IMG/VR virus record: IMGVR_UViG_3300027985_000843
Span: 248,001-312,000 of that record
DNA: 64,000 nt
Direction: 5' to 3' (one strand)
The position numbers and the translations under genes are program-made. Shown in pieces: positions 63,253-64,000 of this stretch (its first letter is position 1; each line of letters starts with the position of its first letter). The notes under the pieces were generated by a model that saw only the letters and a program-made list of their open reading frames with translations, was not told the origin of the DNA and searched no databases.

Positions 63253-63848
63253 AATCATACCCATCCATTACATCCACCGTTACTTACGATACGAAGGTTC
63301 ACGTCTTCAACAAGATCGACGGTTCCCAGATTCGGGCAGAGTGGTCCCGTAAGCGCGGCTTCTACAAGCTGGGGTCCAGGAGGCAGCTCATTGACGAGGA
63401 CACCGTTCTAGGGGCCGCCAAGGGGCTGCTAGAGGTATCCTTCGTCGAACCCCTCGGCCGGATCTTCACCGACAAGAAGTTGGAGCGAGCTGTGTGCTTC
63501 TTCGAGATCTCGGGGGACCAGTCCTTCGCGGGCCGACATGTCCCCGGGGATCCCCTCAGGCTCACTCTGTTCGACGTGGCGCCCTACAAGAAGGGCATCA
63601 TGCTCCCCGAGGATTTCCTGGACGTCTTCGGGCACTTGAATGTCCCGGCCTGCATCTTCAAAGGAATGCTCACCGAGGATTTCGTCGAAGACATCCGATC
63701 CAGCACCACCCTCGACGAGGGTGTTGTGTGCAAGGGGTCGCATCGCAATAACCAGGTTCTCATGTTCAAGATCAAGACCCGGGCGTGGATTCGCAAGTTG
63801 CGGGCCTTGTGTGGTGAAGATGAAGCCCGGTTCAAGGAGCTGTTGTGA
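63249..63848 (+). CDS. ATP-dependent RNA-ligase-like nucleotidyltransferase
   Basis: motif I KIDGS, III FFE, IIIa LFDV, IV EGVVCK, V FKIK. Confidence 0.75.
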   Translation: MKSYPSITSTVTYDTKVHVFNKIDGSQIRAEWSRKRGFYKLGSRRQLIDEDTVLGAAKGLLEVSFVEPLGRIFTDKKLERAVCFFEISGDQSFAGRHVPGDPLRLTLFDVAPYKKGIMLPEDFLDVFGHLNVPACIFKGMLTEDFVEDIRSSTTLDEGVVCKGSHRNNQVLMFKIKTRAWIRKLRALCGEDEARFKELL

Positions 63849-64000
63849 CATGGCCGAAGGAAGCCGCTGACCTCATTGCCCTTCTTGTTGGGCAGCTTGC
63901 TGACGTGCCCGTTCAGAACAATCACGCGGGCGCCGCCCCCGTCGTCGACATCGTCGAGGATGGTCGTGTAGGTCGTGTAGTCAGCCGTATGGGCTTCCTA

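Noticed and set aside
63584-64000. Minus-strand ORF entering from the right edge
   Set aside because: Truncated by the window and overlapping the ligase gene; cannot be called.

Overview
About 64 kb of GC-rich DNA that reads as an accessory segment of a very large (jumbo-type) phage. This is an inference: no capsid, terminase or polymerase gene lies in the window, so a giant plasmid or ICE is not excluded. Cys-rich lipoproteins, the EF-Tu paralogue type and the two-component genes point to a Myxococcota-like host (inference). Bases 1-28,400 hold a minus-strand array of about 49 recognisable tRNA genes covering all 20 amino acids. The array is interrupted by protein modules: a PAS histidine kinase with three receivers, tdk, a divergent EF-Tu, three free-standing homing endonucleases, and a TROVE/vWA + Ubl/E1/JAB/E2-like operon. 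The most striking signal is in the non-coding spacers. (i) Seven tRNA-shaped RNAs share a conserved ~70-nt structured domain in place of the variable loop; two are circularly permuted, and all flank the Ro60-like TROVE/ubiquitin-like operon. (ii) A stand-alone copy of the 23S rRNA GTPase-associated centre (H43-H44) carries a ~95-nt inserted domain. (iii) A third repeated RNA motif, GTGACRGC plus a covarying hairpin, sits just 5' of tRNA genes. The remainder encodes an intein-containing DNA methyltransferase, two ECF-like sigma factors, nucleotide and ADP-ribose enzymes (dcd, MazG, Nudix, HD, macro, ARH, SLOG), GroES, a J-domain protein, peptidases, an RNA-ligase-like protein and many small orphans. 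Two recurrent promoter-like motifs (CCGAAC-N16-CGTAGTA and GGTG-TAnnnT) mostly sit directly before start codons. Several unrelated orphans share YDYDR or RVVxRYL leader peptides. All calls were made by eye; no Rfam, HMM or BLAST search was run, so novelty is unverified.
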